Below, piece after piece: positions 30,553 through 39,825 of a stretch of 40,303 nt of DNA. Each line of letters begins with the position of its first letter. Position 1 is the stretch's first letter. The notes below the pieces were generated by a model. The model made no database searches, was not told where the DNA came from, and saw only the letters and a program-made list of their open reading frames with translations. The translations under genes and the position numbers were made by a program. The DNA is from Aquifex sp. (GTDB lineage: Bacteria; Aquificota; Aquificia; Aquificales; Aquificaceae): positions 1 through 40,303 of the forward strand of contig WFPV01000211.1 in NCBI GenBank assembly GCA_015487405.1. Direction: 5' to 3'.

Positions 30553-31695
30553 AATTACGCTGACTACTATGATTCCGACGATGAGACCTATCAGGAGTAT
30601 GGCGGCGGGTTCAACTATCCTGAGCCAGAAGTTTATCGTTCTTTCCGCCTGTTTTTCGTAAAGCTCCGAGAGCATTCCGAGCATTTTTTCAAGCTCTCCG
30701 CTGCTCTCTCCCGTCTCTACAAGGTTTTTGAACATCTCGGGAATCTCGGGAATTTCCTTAAGCAGGGAGGAGAGGCTCTTTCCCCTCTTTACCTCCGGTA
30801 TTACCTCTTCCAGCTTCTGCCTGAGGTAGTAGTTGTTAATACTCTTTACGGAAAGCTCTAAGGCGTGGTCTAAGGGAACCGCGGCGTTAAGGAGCATAGA
30901 TAGAACTCTCGCAAATCGGGAGAGGTTAAAGTATAGGTTCAGCTTACCGAGGACGGGAAGTTTCAGAAGATAGTAATGAAGCTTCTCTTTAGATACGAAC
31001 TTAGTTCTGAACTTGAAGAGTATCAGTAATATTGGAAGTGCGAACAAAAGATAACTAAGCAGGTTTGCAAGAAGTATAACGAACTTCGTTATCAGAGGAA
31101 GCTCTTTCCCGAATCCCTCAAGGACACTCGCAATCCTCGGAACTACGAACCTTACCGCGATGAATAGGGAAATAAAACTGAAGGTTATAATAACCGCCGG
31201 GTAAGTAACCGAAGATAGAACTTTGCTTTTGAACTCTGAAACCTTGTAGAGGTATTCCCCGGCAACCTGAAAAATGTATTCTAAGTTCTCTCCCCTCTGA
31301 ACCGCGGATAGCATCTCGGGTAGAAACTCGGGAAAGACTCCTGCCTTTGAGAAGGCTTCCTGAAGGCTTTCACCTTTCTCTATTCCATTTTTTATTCTCA
31401 CGAAGGCTGAGGAAAGCTCTTCGTTTTCGGTTTGTCTTGCGAGGAGCTCTAAGGCTTTCGTGAGGGGAATTCCGGAAGATAAGAGGGTGGAGAGTTGAAT
31501 AAGAGCGAAAGCTATCTCCTCTTCCGGAATCTTTTTTTGAAAGAGTTTTAGTGTTAGCTCCTTGCCTTCTTTTAGTTTCAGTAGCTTTACGCCTTCCCGT
31601 TTGAGTTTGGTTATAGCTTCCCTTCTGTCCCTGGCTTTCAGCGTTCCCTTTACGCGCTTTCCCTCTTGAAGTCCTTCGTAGTAGAAGGTTTTCAT
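30514..31695 (-). CDS. gspF: Type II secretion system F / PilC family inner membrane platform protein
   Basis: QLSTLLSSGIPL, YPAV, VVPR, GESSGELEKML, VEPAAI. Confidence 0.9.
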   Translation of the reverse strand: MKTFYYEGLQEGKRVKGTLKARDRREAITKLKREGVKLLKLKEGKELTLKLFQKKIPEEEIAFALIQLSTLLSSGIPLTKALELLARQTENEELSSAFVRIKNGIEKGESLQEAFSKAGVFPEFLPEMLSAVQRGENLEYIFQVAGEYLYKVSEFKSKVLSSVTYPAVIITFSFISLFIAVRFVVPRIASVLEGFGKELPLITKFVILLANLLSYLLFALPILLILFKFRTKFVSKEKLHYYLLKLPVLGKLNLYFNLSRFARVLSMLLNAAVPLDHALELSVKSINNYYLRQKLEEVIPEVKRGKSLSSLLKEIPEIPEMFKNLVETGESSGELEKMLGMLSELYEKQAERTINFWLRIVEPAAILLIGLIVGIIVVSVILPLTEITAGFGK

Positions 31696-31699
31696 ACCT

Positions 31700-31845
31700 T
31701 ATTCTTTAAGTTTAATTTTTTAAATTCTCCAAGTCTCAAAATCCTAATTCCTTCAAACTTTCCTTCTTCAATCCGAACTTGAGAATGTTGGCATCCATAA
31801 CAATCTTTAGCTTTTTCCTGTTATAGCTTTCTCAATCTCCTTCAT
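31700..31845 (-). pseudogene. Possible relic of a PIN (VapC-type) toxin gene, internally deleted
   Basis: Minus-strand fragments KLKIVMDANIL and GKFEGIRILRLGEFKKL resemble PIN N- and C-termini, in different frames. Confidence 0.35.
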
Positions 31846-31905
31846 TGAAAACTATGAAGCGAGAATTTATCTTAAGGAACAATAGGAAGATATACTTGAA
31901 AGGCT

Positions 31906-32700
31906 TTAACGATTTTCAAATTTAAAAATTTTGACGGCTCCAAAACCCATCGTTGTCCTTCTTCCTATCCCACTGAACTCCGCAAGGTCCAGAAGAGCAT
32001 TCAGTCCCTTCAAAATCTCTTTATCTTGAGTTTGAAAACTCATGTAAACCTTTCCCACAAAACCGACGAACCATCCCATACTCCCTAAATCTACCTTTTC
32101 TGTTCTGAGCTCGTACCCGCTCAATACTACGGACTCTTCGACTGCTTCCTCAAGCTTAACTGTCAATTCGAGGTCAGAAAACTTCAACCATTTCTTTATC
32201 AATCCCCTGAAAATAGTTCCCGGCTCGGGTAGGATACTTACCTTTTTCCCCGATTTAAAGCTCGTTGGCGTTACGAAGCGAAGTAGGACCTTCCCGGCGG
32301 GTTGAGAGGATTCATAAAGCGCCTTATAGGAAACAGCCTCTCTGAAGACGAGGTTCCCCTTCTTGAATTCTTTTCTTCCCAAAGAAAGGTTTTCGTGTTT
32401 GGCGAATATATACGCATAGGTAAATCTCGGTATAAGGGAATCGTCTATTAGGTTAACGTCAATTATTACCCTTCGGGTGCTTTGAATTTCTGAAGAAAAA
32501 AAGTTTTCATACTTTCCCGTTTCTTCGTTTCGAACTAAGAAATTCAAGGAGAAGGGCTTAACACCTGCTTCTTCGTGAAGCTCACGGGCAAAGTCTTCCT
32601 TAAAAAGTTTGAAAAACGCTCCGTGGAGTTTATCGTAAGTCAATTCTTCCGTAGGAACCAGCTCCGAGAAGTTCAAGGGTAACCTGATACGGGCGGGCAT
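31906..32700 (-). CDS. cas6: CRISPR pre-crRNA endoribonuclease Cas6
   Basis: LHGAFF, KPFS, LRFVTPTSF, GFVGKV, AEFSGIGRRTTMGFG glycine-rich loop. ATG 32700 preferred (alternative 32727). Confidence 0.95.
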   Translation of the reverse strand: MPARIRLPLNFSELVPTEELTYDKLHGAFFKLFKEDFARELHEEAGVKPFSLNFLVRNEETGKYENFFSSEIQSTRRVIIDVNLIDDSLIPRFTYAYIFAKHENLSLGRKEFKKGNLVFREAVSYKALYESSQPAGKVLLRFVTPTSFKSGKKVSILPEPGTIFRGLIKKWLKFSDLELTVKLEEAVEESVVLSGYELRTEKVDLGSMGWFVGFVGKVYMSFQTQDKEILKGLNALLDLAEFSGIGRRTTMGFGAVKIFKFENR

Positions 32701-32738
32701 ACCTACTATCCTTCCCTTATCTTTCATAAATCTTCTAT

Positions 32739-33324
32739 CTATAGAACCTCTAAGTATATTCCCTCTTTTTGTTCATAGTTGTATATACTGTCTGATGTAT
32801 AGTGACCAAAGAAAACCCCTACCATAAAATCCACCGTAATAGGACAAGGAAAGAAGAAGTAGGATCTTCTAAATTCATCTGCTTCCTTCTTTTTTTAATA
32901 GCAGAACTTACAGCCCTTGCAAACTCAACCATATCTTCAGGGATAAGGTTGCCGTTCTTTATGAGACTGTCTGGTTTTGGCTTGCTACTTTCATTCTCAT
33001 TTATTCCCTCTCCTCTAATCTCTAATCTTGGCATTCTCATCATGTTTTTTTTCATCGATGCTAAATAACTTAAACTCACCTTAGGCTTAATAAAGTATCA
33101 ACTCTTTATTGCTTAAAAGCTTACAAAAATTAAATATATACCTTGAGATAAAAGAAACCATAGTCCCCTTTATCTTATTCTCAAAATCCCCTTGCCACTT
33201 TTCGGTTTTGAAAAATTCCTCAAGAACTGGTTTTATATAACTCAACTTTCTTTCCACCTAAGAGAATACCCATTAACTCTTTCAAGTCAAAACACTTGGC
33301 GCAGATTTCGGATACAGTTTTCAT
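32739..33324 (-). pseudogene. Degraded SAVED-domain (CalpL-like) gene upstream of cas6
   Basis: Frameshifted fragments ...IKGTMVSF...KELILY* / KNGNLIPEDMVEFARAVSSAIKK / SYFFFPCPITVDFMVGVFFGHYTSDSIYNYEQKEGIYLEVL* resemble the SAVED C-terminal pattern. Confidence 0.6.
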
Positions 33325-33413
33325 AGTAGACTCTCTTACTATGTAAGCACATCTATAGACAAAATATCATAATTTTATAATATTAGAATATCTTTATAGG
33401 AGGTGAAAAAGAG

Positions 33414-33623
33414 ATGACTATGGATAGACTGCTCAGACTAACTTCCGGAACGGTTCTCCTGATAGTTCTAATACTCGGGATACTGCCCGCGGAGGATGTT
33501 CACTGGTTCTGGAAGTTCTTTTTAGCCTTCATGTCTCTGAACCAGATACAGTCCGCTTTTACAAACTGGTGTCCCGTTATGAGCCTATACAGAGCTTTCG
33601 GAGTTAAAGAATGCCAGTGCTAA
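33414..33623 (+). CDS. DUF2892 / YgaP-like membrane protein
   Basis: DRLLRL.SG, two TM helices, QSAFTNWCP; GGAGGT SD. Confidence 0.85.
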   Translation: MTMDRLLRLTSGTVLLIVLILGILPAEDVHWFWKFFLAFMSLNQIQSAFTNWCPVMSLYRAFGVKECQC

Positions 33624-33664
33624 GCCTCTGAATATCTTCCCTTCCTTCCCTTAAAATACTCTTT

Positions 33665-34861
33665 ATGTTAATTAAGCACTTTGATGACCCCGTCCTGTTT
33701 TACAAATTTCTCAAGGAACGCGTCGGTATATTCTTCAAGGAAGCGGAGCAACGCTCGGGAGAGGGAATCTTTCACTGTATTTATTTTAAAGATAATAAAA
33801 TACCGCCTTTGGCGGTCTTTGAGGCAGGAAGGAAAAGCTGTGTCTCCGTTTTCTTCAACGACGGCAACTACGCCGTATGCGGAAGCGAAGCAAAGCTAAA
33901 AGACTTTTGTGGAGAACTGATAAAGTTTCCCGAAACAAAACGGCTTGCAAGAGAAATCTTAGAAAACCTCATAAGGTATAGAAAGCAGAACTTTCAGCTC
34001 GGCTACAACAGGAAGATTCTTCCCCTCGGTTTAAAGACCGCGATAATGGGAGTGCTAAACGTCACCCCCGACAGCTTCTCAGACGGTGGAGAGTTCTTAG
34101 AGCCCTCAAAGGCGGTAAAGAGAGCCATCCAGATGGCGGAGGAAGGAGCCGAAATAATAGACATAGGGGGAGAGAGTACCAGACCTGGCTCCCAGAGAAT
34201 TTCTGCGGAAGAGGAAATAAGGAGAGTTCTGCCTGTTCTAAAGGAAGTGAGAAAGGAGTTGCCAGATACCTGGATTTCCGTAGACACTTACAAATCCGAA
34301 GTGGCGAAAGCATGCCTGGAGGAGGGCGCAGACATAATAAACGACATAAGCGGAGGAACTTACGACCCGGAAATCCTAAAGATGGTTGCGGAGTATAGGT
34401 GTCCTTACGTAATAAATCACGTCAAGGGAAGACCCGAAACCTGGAAGACTGAACCCATAATATACGACGATGTGGTTGCAGAGATTATAGACTTCTTTAA
34501 TAAACAAATAAATAAATTAAGGGAACTCGGATACAAGGAAGAGGAAAAGCTCATCCTTGACCCGGGAATAGGCTTCGGTAAACTGCCGGAGCACAATGTG
34601 GAAATTTTGAAGCGTTTTGACGAGTTTAGAAGTCTCGGGAAAATCCTTATGGTGGGAGTGTCCAGAAAGTCCTTTATAGGTTTAATCTTGGAAGGATTTC
34701 TCAATAAAAAGACTGAACCCAAAGAGAGACTATTCGGAAGTCTCGGTGCTCTTGCCATCCCCGTCCTGAAAGGAGCTAAAATAGTTAGAGTTCACGACGT
34801 AAAAGAGACGAGGGAGTTTTTAGCCCTCCTTGACGCAGTGAGAACCTACGATGGAGTTTGA
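33665..34861 (+). CDS. folP: Dihydropteroate synthase with N-terminal extension
   Basis: MGVLNVTPDSFSDGG, DIGGESTRPG, DPGIGFGK, SRKSF, RVHDV. Confidence 0.96.
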   Translation: MLIKHFDDPVLFYKFLKERVGIFFKEAEQRSGEGIFHCIYFKDNKIPPLAVFEAGRKSCVSVFFNDGNYAVCGSEAKLKDFCGELIKFPETKRLAREILENLIRYRKQNFQLGYNRKILPLGLKTAIMGVLNVTPDSFSDGGEFLEPSKAVKRAIQMAEEGAEIIDIGGESTRPGSQRISAEEEIRRVLPVLKEVRKELPDTWISVDTYKSEVAKACLEEGADIINDISGGTYDPEILKMVAEYRCPYVINHVKGRPETWKTEPIIYDDVVAEIIDFFNKQINKLRELGYKEEEKLILDPGIGFGKLPEHNVEILKRFDEFRSLGKILMVGVSRKSFIGLILEGFLNKKTEPKERLFGSLGALAIPVLKGAKIVRVHDVKETREFLALLDAVRTYDGV

Positions 34862-35618
34862 GCTTCTAAAGGAACTCTTCTCCTGGAGGGATATTCTTGA
34901 CCTTTTAGGTTTAACCCTCGTTTTTTTTCTCTTTATAGCCTTCTTAAGAGCCGCAAAAGGCTTTTATATACTAAGACTCCTTATAGCCTTAGGAATTATA
35001 TGGACCCTCTCCGAGCTACTCAATCTAACGACCCTTTCCTGGATGTTTGAAAAGCTATGGACAGTTGCCCTCTTTACCCTCGTAGTTATATTCCAGCCTG
35101 AGATAAGGAGGACGCTTGCAAATATAGGAAGGAGAACCAAAGTTCTGAAAATCACCGAATACGAGGAGCGTTCTATAGACAGGCTTGTTAGAGCCTGTCG
35201 GTTTATGTCCGAAAGACAGATAGGAGCACTAATAGTTATAGAAAGGAATCAAAACATAGAGGACCTTATAGAGGGATGCGTTTACTTAGACGCGAGAATT
35301 TCGGCGGAGCTAATAATAACTATCTTCTATCCTATGACTCCCCTCCACGACGGAGCTATAGTGATAAGGAACGACAGGATAGCCTTCGCCTCTTGCGTTC
35401 TTCCCCTTTCTAAGAGTGCTTCACTTCCCCAAAAATACGGAACCCGCCACAGAGCGGCGGTAGGAATTTCGGAACTAAGCGATGCTATAGCTATAGTCGT
35501 TTCCGAAGAAACGGGAGAAATATCCATAGCCGTTGAGGGAAATCTTGAGAAGGTACTTGACCCCGAGCTTTTAAAGGATAAACTCCTATCCCTGTTGGGA
35601 GTAAAACATGAAGAATAG
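34851..35618 (+). CDS. cdaA: Diadenylate cyclase CdaA
   Basis: Three TM helices, FQPEIRR, LHDGA, GTRHRAA, VSEETG. Confidence 0.95.
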   Translation: MEFELLKELFSWRDILDLLGLTLVFFLFIAFLRAAKGFYILRLLIALGIIWTLSELLNLTTLSWMFEKLWTVALFTLVVIFQPEIRRTLANIGRRTKVLKITEYEERSIDRLVRACRFMSERQIGALIVIERNQNIEDLIEGCVYLDARISAELIITIFYPMTPLHDGAIVIRNDRIAFASCVLPLSKSASLPQKYGTRHRAAVGISELSDAIAIVVSEETGEISIAVEGNLEKVLDPELLKDKLLSLLGVKHEE

Positions 35619-35949
35619 GGGGATGCTTAAATACCTTTTAATTTCTTTCATCTTAGGTCTTTCTATATGGCTCGCGGTAAACTTCGGAGAGAGATTTCCT
35701 TTAACGGTTATAAGATTCGTTGAAGTTAAAAAAGGCTATAGAACGGAACCCGAGCTCGTTGAGATTACCCTTCTCGTTTCCCGCAGATTGCTTGAGTCCC
35801 CTCTCCTTGAACGCGTTAAGGCTTACATAGATGAGGAGGAGCTTAAAAGAGGGAAAAAGGAAATTCGTGTAAAGGTGTATACACCTTTGCCTTTCCTGAT
35901 AGAACCCACCGCCGTTAATCCTCCCTTCGTCCGCGTCAAGAGCGAGTAA
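35608..35949 (+). CDS. Short CdaR/YbbR-like membrane protein
   Basis: ISFILGLSIWLAV N-terminal TM, P..V.V YbbR-like motif; overlaps the cdaA stop. Confidence 0.65.
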   Translation: MKNRGMLKYLLISFILGLSIWLAVNFGERFPLTVIRFVEVKKGYRTEPELVEITLLVSRRLLESPLLERVKAYIDEEELKRGKKEIRVKVYTPLPFLIEPTAVNPPFVRVKSE

Positions 35950-36337
35950 TCCTAAGCTTTAGGTAAAACTTTCCCTTCCCAGTGTTATCAACGGCTTCAA
36001 GCTCGAAAATTACTCCATAATTTTCCAAGTCCTTAATTAGCCTTGGAAGAACATTCGCTCTCACTTCCTTTATTTCCACTTCGTAGCCGTTCGTTATTTC
36101 GGAAATCCTCTTTAGCTCAAGCCCGTGCCGTTCCAAAACGTTCCTTATAGCTACCTCCGTTAAAGGAAGCTTCTTTTTCCTTTCAAGGTTGTTCAGGAGA
36201 AAGACGAACTCTTTAAATTTTAGGTATTGAACGTTTACAAAGTTGCGCAACTCTTTGTAATCCGAGAAAAACACGAAAACCAAGACTACGAGTAGCACTC
36301 CCGAAAAAAGGTAAGCCCAACTTCTCTTTAAAACCAC
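35936..36337 (-). CDS. GspM/PilO-like single-TM protein
   Basis: N-terminal TM and a small domain; directly after the GspL/PilM-like gene. Confidence 0.55.
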   Translation of the reverse strand: MVLKRSWAYLFSGVLLVVLVFVFFSDYKELRNFVNVQYLKFKEFVFLLNNLERKKKLPLTEVAIRNVLERHGLELKRISEITNGYEVEIKEVRANVLPRLIKDLENYGVIFELEAVDNTGKGKFYLKLRITRS

Positions 36338-37494
36338 GGGAGCTTCACCTCAAACTCGTAGAGTCCTTCCGGAGTCCTTCTCACCTTTGAGGCATTACTT
36401 ATACGGTTCATTAATTCTTCTGAAGCGAGACCTTTAATCTTCAAAACCCCATTTTTGTAAGAGATTTCCAAGATTTTTACTCCCTCCGGAAGTTGGGAAA
36501 AAACTTTTCTTAAACCTAATAATAGACTTTTTTTATTAGAACCTGAAAAGTTCTTTAGTTGTTCGTCAACGAGCACCGGAGGTAGCTCGGGAAACTTCTG
36601 TGAAAAGAGCTCTTTCTTCTTAAGGTTTATTTCCTTCATAAACTCCCTTTTTATAAAATCCTTACCAAGACTAAAGGAAAATACGGTAAAGGTTGCAACG
36701 GAGAGTATGCCAAGAAGAGCCTTCACTTCCTTCGGAGATAACTCCTCGTGTTTAAAAGAAGGTGAGCTATCCTTATATACGAACTTTAAGGCTCCCGAAA
36801 ATGCGGAGTTTAGCTCAGGGGATACGTAAGGATTTCGTAAGCTCTTCTTAAAAAACTCCTTTATGCCTTTTAACTTACTCGTCCCTCCGCTCAGAAGAAC
36901 CTTCTTGTTCTCTAAAGGGATCCCGATATCCTCTAAAATCTCACTAAAGGTTAAGTGCACGATTTCGTTTGAAAGTCCCTCCTCAAGCTTTATAGCCTCT
37001 GCTCTATCGTAAGGAACTTCCAGTTCCCTGCTAATCCTTTCGGTTATGAAATCCCCGCCTTTTAGGACTACTCTGTAGAGCTTAAGTTCGTAATTTTTGG
37101 TTTCCACGTAGGTTGTCTTTCTTCTTCCCAAATCCAGAACCGCAAGGTCTGGCTCATTCAAAATCCTTGAAAGCCTCGCTAAGGTAAAAATTTCGCAGTC
37201 CAGAGCGAAGTAGCTTTCGGGAGGTTCGTAATCTTTAACGAGAACTAAGTAATACTTATTCCCTGTAAGGGAAAAATCCCACAAAACCTCTCCGTATTCT
37301 TCAGCTTCAAACTTTAAGATTTCCTTTAGCTCCCACTTATTTTTGATCTCCGCTTTGCCTATCCTAACAAGACATTTGTCCGAGGGAATGATGTAAATTT
37401 TTTTTCCTTTTCGTTTGGTTTCTTTCCATTTTTTCGTAAAAACAGAGTAATTAACGGAGTAAATCTTTTCTCCGTCTATCCCTGTGTATATCAT
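36328..37494 (-). CDS. GspL / PilM-PilN-like protein (actin-like domain + TM + periplasmic domain)
   Basis: VLDLGRRKT, GGDFIT, AEAIK, LSGGTSKL actin-fold motifs; TM; LPEGVKI...LKIKG PilN-like tail. Confidence 0.72.
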   Translation of the reverse strand: MIYTGIDGEKIYSVNYSVFTKKWKETKRKGKKIYIIPSDKCLVRIGKAEIKNKWELKEILKFEAEEYGEVLWDFSLTGNKYYLVLVKDYEPPESYFALDCEIFTLARLSRILNEPDLAVLDLGRRKTTYVETKNYELKLYRVVLKGGDFITERISRELEVPYDRAEAIKLEEGLSNEIVHLTFSEILEDIGIPLENKKVLLSGGTSKLKGIKEFFKKSLRNPYVSPELNSAFSGALKFVYKDSSPSFKHEELSPKEVKALLGILSVATFTVFSFSLGKDFIKREFMKEINLKKKELFSQKFPELPPVLVDEQLKNFSGSNKKSLLLGLRKVFSQLPEGVKILEISYKNGVLKIKGLASEELMNRISNASKVRRTPEGLYEFEVKLPWF

Positions 37495-38051
37495 CCCTCA
37501 AGGATGTTTTCCCTTATCTTTTCAAGAAGTGCAAGCAGTACCTTTTTAACATCTTCTTTGTTCTTTGCAGAAAGTCCTATTACCGGTATTCCTTCGTCCT
37601 CAGAAATATCAAGTGCTATTGCAATATCTTTAGGAGACCACGCATTAGGAAGGTCTTGCTTATTAGCACCTATCACCATAGGTATGGGATACCTGCTATG
37701 GAAAAAGTTTATGATTCTCCGGGCTTCGTGAAAGGTCGTTGGATCAGTACTGTCTACGAGTACGATAACTCCGAGGGCTCCCTCTCCCAAGACTTCCCAC
37801 ATGAAGTTGAAGCGTGCCTGTCCAGGTGTTCCGAAGAGATATAGCTCGTGTTCGTTGTCTATCTTTATTTTTCCAAAGTCCATAGCAACTGTTGTGGTTG
37901 CTTTCTTCTCTTTTTCCTCCTTGTGGGATATCTTCCTTTCGGTAGTTACAGGCTCTATCTCACTGACGGTTTTAATAAACTCTGTCTTCCCAGCTGCGAA
38001 GGGACCTGATATAACTATCTTTATTTTCTTAGTCTGCTTTTCCTCACTCAT
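37491..38051 (-). CDS. mglA: MglA-family small GTPase
   Basis: GPFAAGKT, TTTVAMDFG, GTPGQARF, NKQD. Confidence 0.88.
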   Translation of the reverse strand: MSEEKQTKKIKIVISGPFAAGKTEFIKTVSEIEPVTTERKISHKEEKEKKATTTVAMDFGKIKIDNEHELYLFGTPGQARFNFMWEVLGEGALGVIVLVDSTDPTTFHEARRIINFFHSRYPIPMVIGANKQDLPNAWSPKDIAIALDISEDEGIPVIGLSAKNKEDVKKVLLALLEKIRENILEG

Positions 38052-38740
38052 AACTTCTTAATCTTTTCTATCAACTTTGCAAGAAGGTCCAGAGAAATGG
38101 AGGCTCTCCTCTTCATAGGCTTCTTCTTTCTCTTTATTGCCCCTATGGAGAGAAGTCCATAGAGTGTCCTGTAAACGGTTAACTTGTCCAATCCACTTTT
38201 TTCCACAATGTCCTTAACCGTGTTCCTTCCATCTATAAGGTTGAGAACTTTTCTCTCCTTATCTGTTAGTTTCGCTTTTAGAATTTTTTCCTCGTAATCG
38301 GGCATCTTTTCAAAAATTAGTAATTCATCCGAGATTTTTCTCTCCGTTTCCTCTAAAGTAAGGTGTCGTGCGGCTTCCATTATGAGCTGTTCACTGGAAA
38401 AAAATACAGGAACATCATGGGGATACTTTATAAAGCCCTGTGTAAAGGAAAACCTACCATTCCTTTTGTCTAAACGGGAAAGGAAAAACTTCTTTATGGT
38501 TTCGGCGAGAGCTCTATCTTGGAGTCGGAGCTTGGTCAACAAAACAGCAAAGTCCCTGTCGGCGTAAACACGGAATACCTTGTCCACAGGTCTTGCCAGC
38601 ACCACCTCCCCTTCCTTTATATAATAAGCTACGGTCATATCATCCCATTCGACTATGAGAACGCCACTCTTCTTATCCGTGTGTAAAACCTGCAGAATGT
38701 CTGCGAAGCTAAAAGAGTTAAGGTCTCCTATCAAGGACAT
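38048..38740 (-). CDS. DUF4388 domain protein with C-terminal wHTH-like region
   Basis: GDLNSFSFADILQ.L...KKSGVL, G.FSF, LIMEAAR, VLNLIDG..TV.DI. Confidence 0.82.
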   Translation of the reverse strand: MSLIGDLNSFSFADILQVLHTDKKSGVLIVEWDDMTVAYYIKEGEVVLARPVDKVFRVYADRDFAVLLTKLRLQDRALAETIKKFFLSRLDKRNGRFSFTQGFIKYPHDVPVFFSSEQLIMEAARHLTLEETERKISDELLIFEKMPDYEEKILKAKLTDKERKVLNLIDGRNTVKDIVEKSGLDKLTVYRTLYGLLSIGAIKRKKKPMKRRASISLDLLAKLIEKIKKL

Positions 38741-38751
38741 TTATAAAACCG

Positions 38752-39105
38752 TTATAACATACTTTCTAACTTTTCCTTCGCCTTTTTAATCTCAATGTAA
38801 ACCAGTCCCAGCTTTGCCTCTTCCGAGGTAAGAGTTGTGAGAACAGCATCCTCCTTTATTCCAGTAATAACAATATATCCATGGTTTCCCTTAATTGTTA
38901 TTTGTTCAAGAGCACCTTTCTTGAGTTCTTCCACAACCCTTTCGCCTAAGGACAGAAGTGCCGCACTCATCGCAGCTACCTTGTCTTCTTCCGTATCGGG
39001 AGGCAGAACAGAAGATATAGGGAGACCATCCATACTAACGAGAGAAGCTCCCTCTATACCGGTAGCTTTTACAAGCTCATTTAGTACTGTTTCATATTGA
39101 GCCAT
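38752..39105 (-). CDS. mglB: Roadblock/LC7 (MglB-like) protein
   Basis: LVSMDGLPISS, VAAMSAA, EL.KG.LEQ, AKLGLV. Confidence 0.9.
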   Translation of the reverse strand: MAQYETVLNELVKATGIEGASLVSMDGLPISSVLPPDTEEDKVAAMSAALLSLGERVVEELKKGALEQITIKGNHGYIVITGIKEDAVLTTLTSEEAKLGLVYIEIKKAKEKLESML

Positions 39106-39120
39106 TTATGTCCTCCGTTT

Positions 39121-39822
39121 TTACTTAAAAAATGAGAGTTCTTTTTCTAACTTATTTATTATACTTTCAATAGTTTTCAGTTTTTGCTCTAGATGTTTAT
39201 CCTGAGAAGATTCCTGAACTCTATACTCTATCTCTCTAAAATCTGCGTGTAGTTCTTCTAAAAGAACTTTTACGTTATGAATATGCGTTCTTAATTCTTC
39301 AACGCTTTCCTTAAGAGCTACTCCCATAGCTCCCACAGGGTCTATTCCTTCAGGAATCTCGTTAGTATTTAAATATCCTTCCTTAAGACGTTCTACGTAT
39401 TTTATCAGAGAGCTGGATTTTTCCAGTATGGGCTCATAGCTCATTTCAAGCTCTTTAACCTTGCTCTCATACCTCTCCTTGATATCTAATATTGTCTCCT
39501 CAAGCATTCTTAGGATTTCTTCAAGTTCTTCATAAATAGTTATTGGAATTAAGATGTTCTCTATATCGTCCTGATTTTCCGAAACGAGCGTAGCTATGTA
39601 GTAAAGCTTTCCAAGGACACTTTCAAGTTTTTGCTTCAGGAAGTAGGTATAAATGGCAGTTAAAACAAATGAAGCACCAAGTCCCAAAAGAAGCGAAGGA
39701 ATTAATTGACCTTCGGTTAAAAGGTAAAAAACGATAAAAAGAACAAGAGAAGTTCCTAAAAAAAGATAGACAGCAGTTTTAATAAGCTCGTCAGCTAAAG
39801 ATATCTTCCGAGTTATCTTTAT
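39121..39822 (-). CDS. Two-TM membrane protein with coiled-coil/HAMP-like cytoplasmic region
   Basis: Track ORF 39121..39687; the frame stays open to 39825, adding a first TM helix, with ATA at 39822 located 8 nt after GGAGG. Confidence 0.7.
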   Translation of the reverse strand: MKITRKISLADELIKTAVYLFLGTSLVLFIVFYLLTEGQLIPSLLLGLGASFVLTAIYTYFLKQKLESVLGKLYYIATLVSENQDDIENILIPITIYEELEEILRMLEETILDIKERYESKVKELEMSYEPILEKSSSLIKYVERLKEGYLNTNEIPEGIDPVGAMGVALKESVEELRTHIHNVKVLLEELHADFREIEYRVQESSQDKHLEQKLKTIESIINKLEKELSFFK

Positions 39823-39825
39823 CTT

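Noticed and set aside
32802-33079. ORFs 32802..33068(+) and 32819..33079(-) as real genes
   Set aside because: The minus ORF is one frame of the SAVED-like pseudogene and the plus ORF is its antisense.
33322-33343. CATAGTA-N8-TACTATG inverted repeat
   Set aside because: Isolated and cannot be assigned to a regulator or element.
34851-35949. Diadenylate cyclase near cas6/SAVED as part of nucleotide-based immunity
   Set aside because: It is an ordinary 3-TM CdaA in the common folP-cdaA-cdaR arrangement; there is no evidence of a link to CRISPR.
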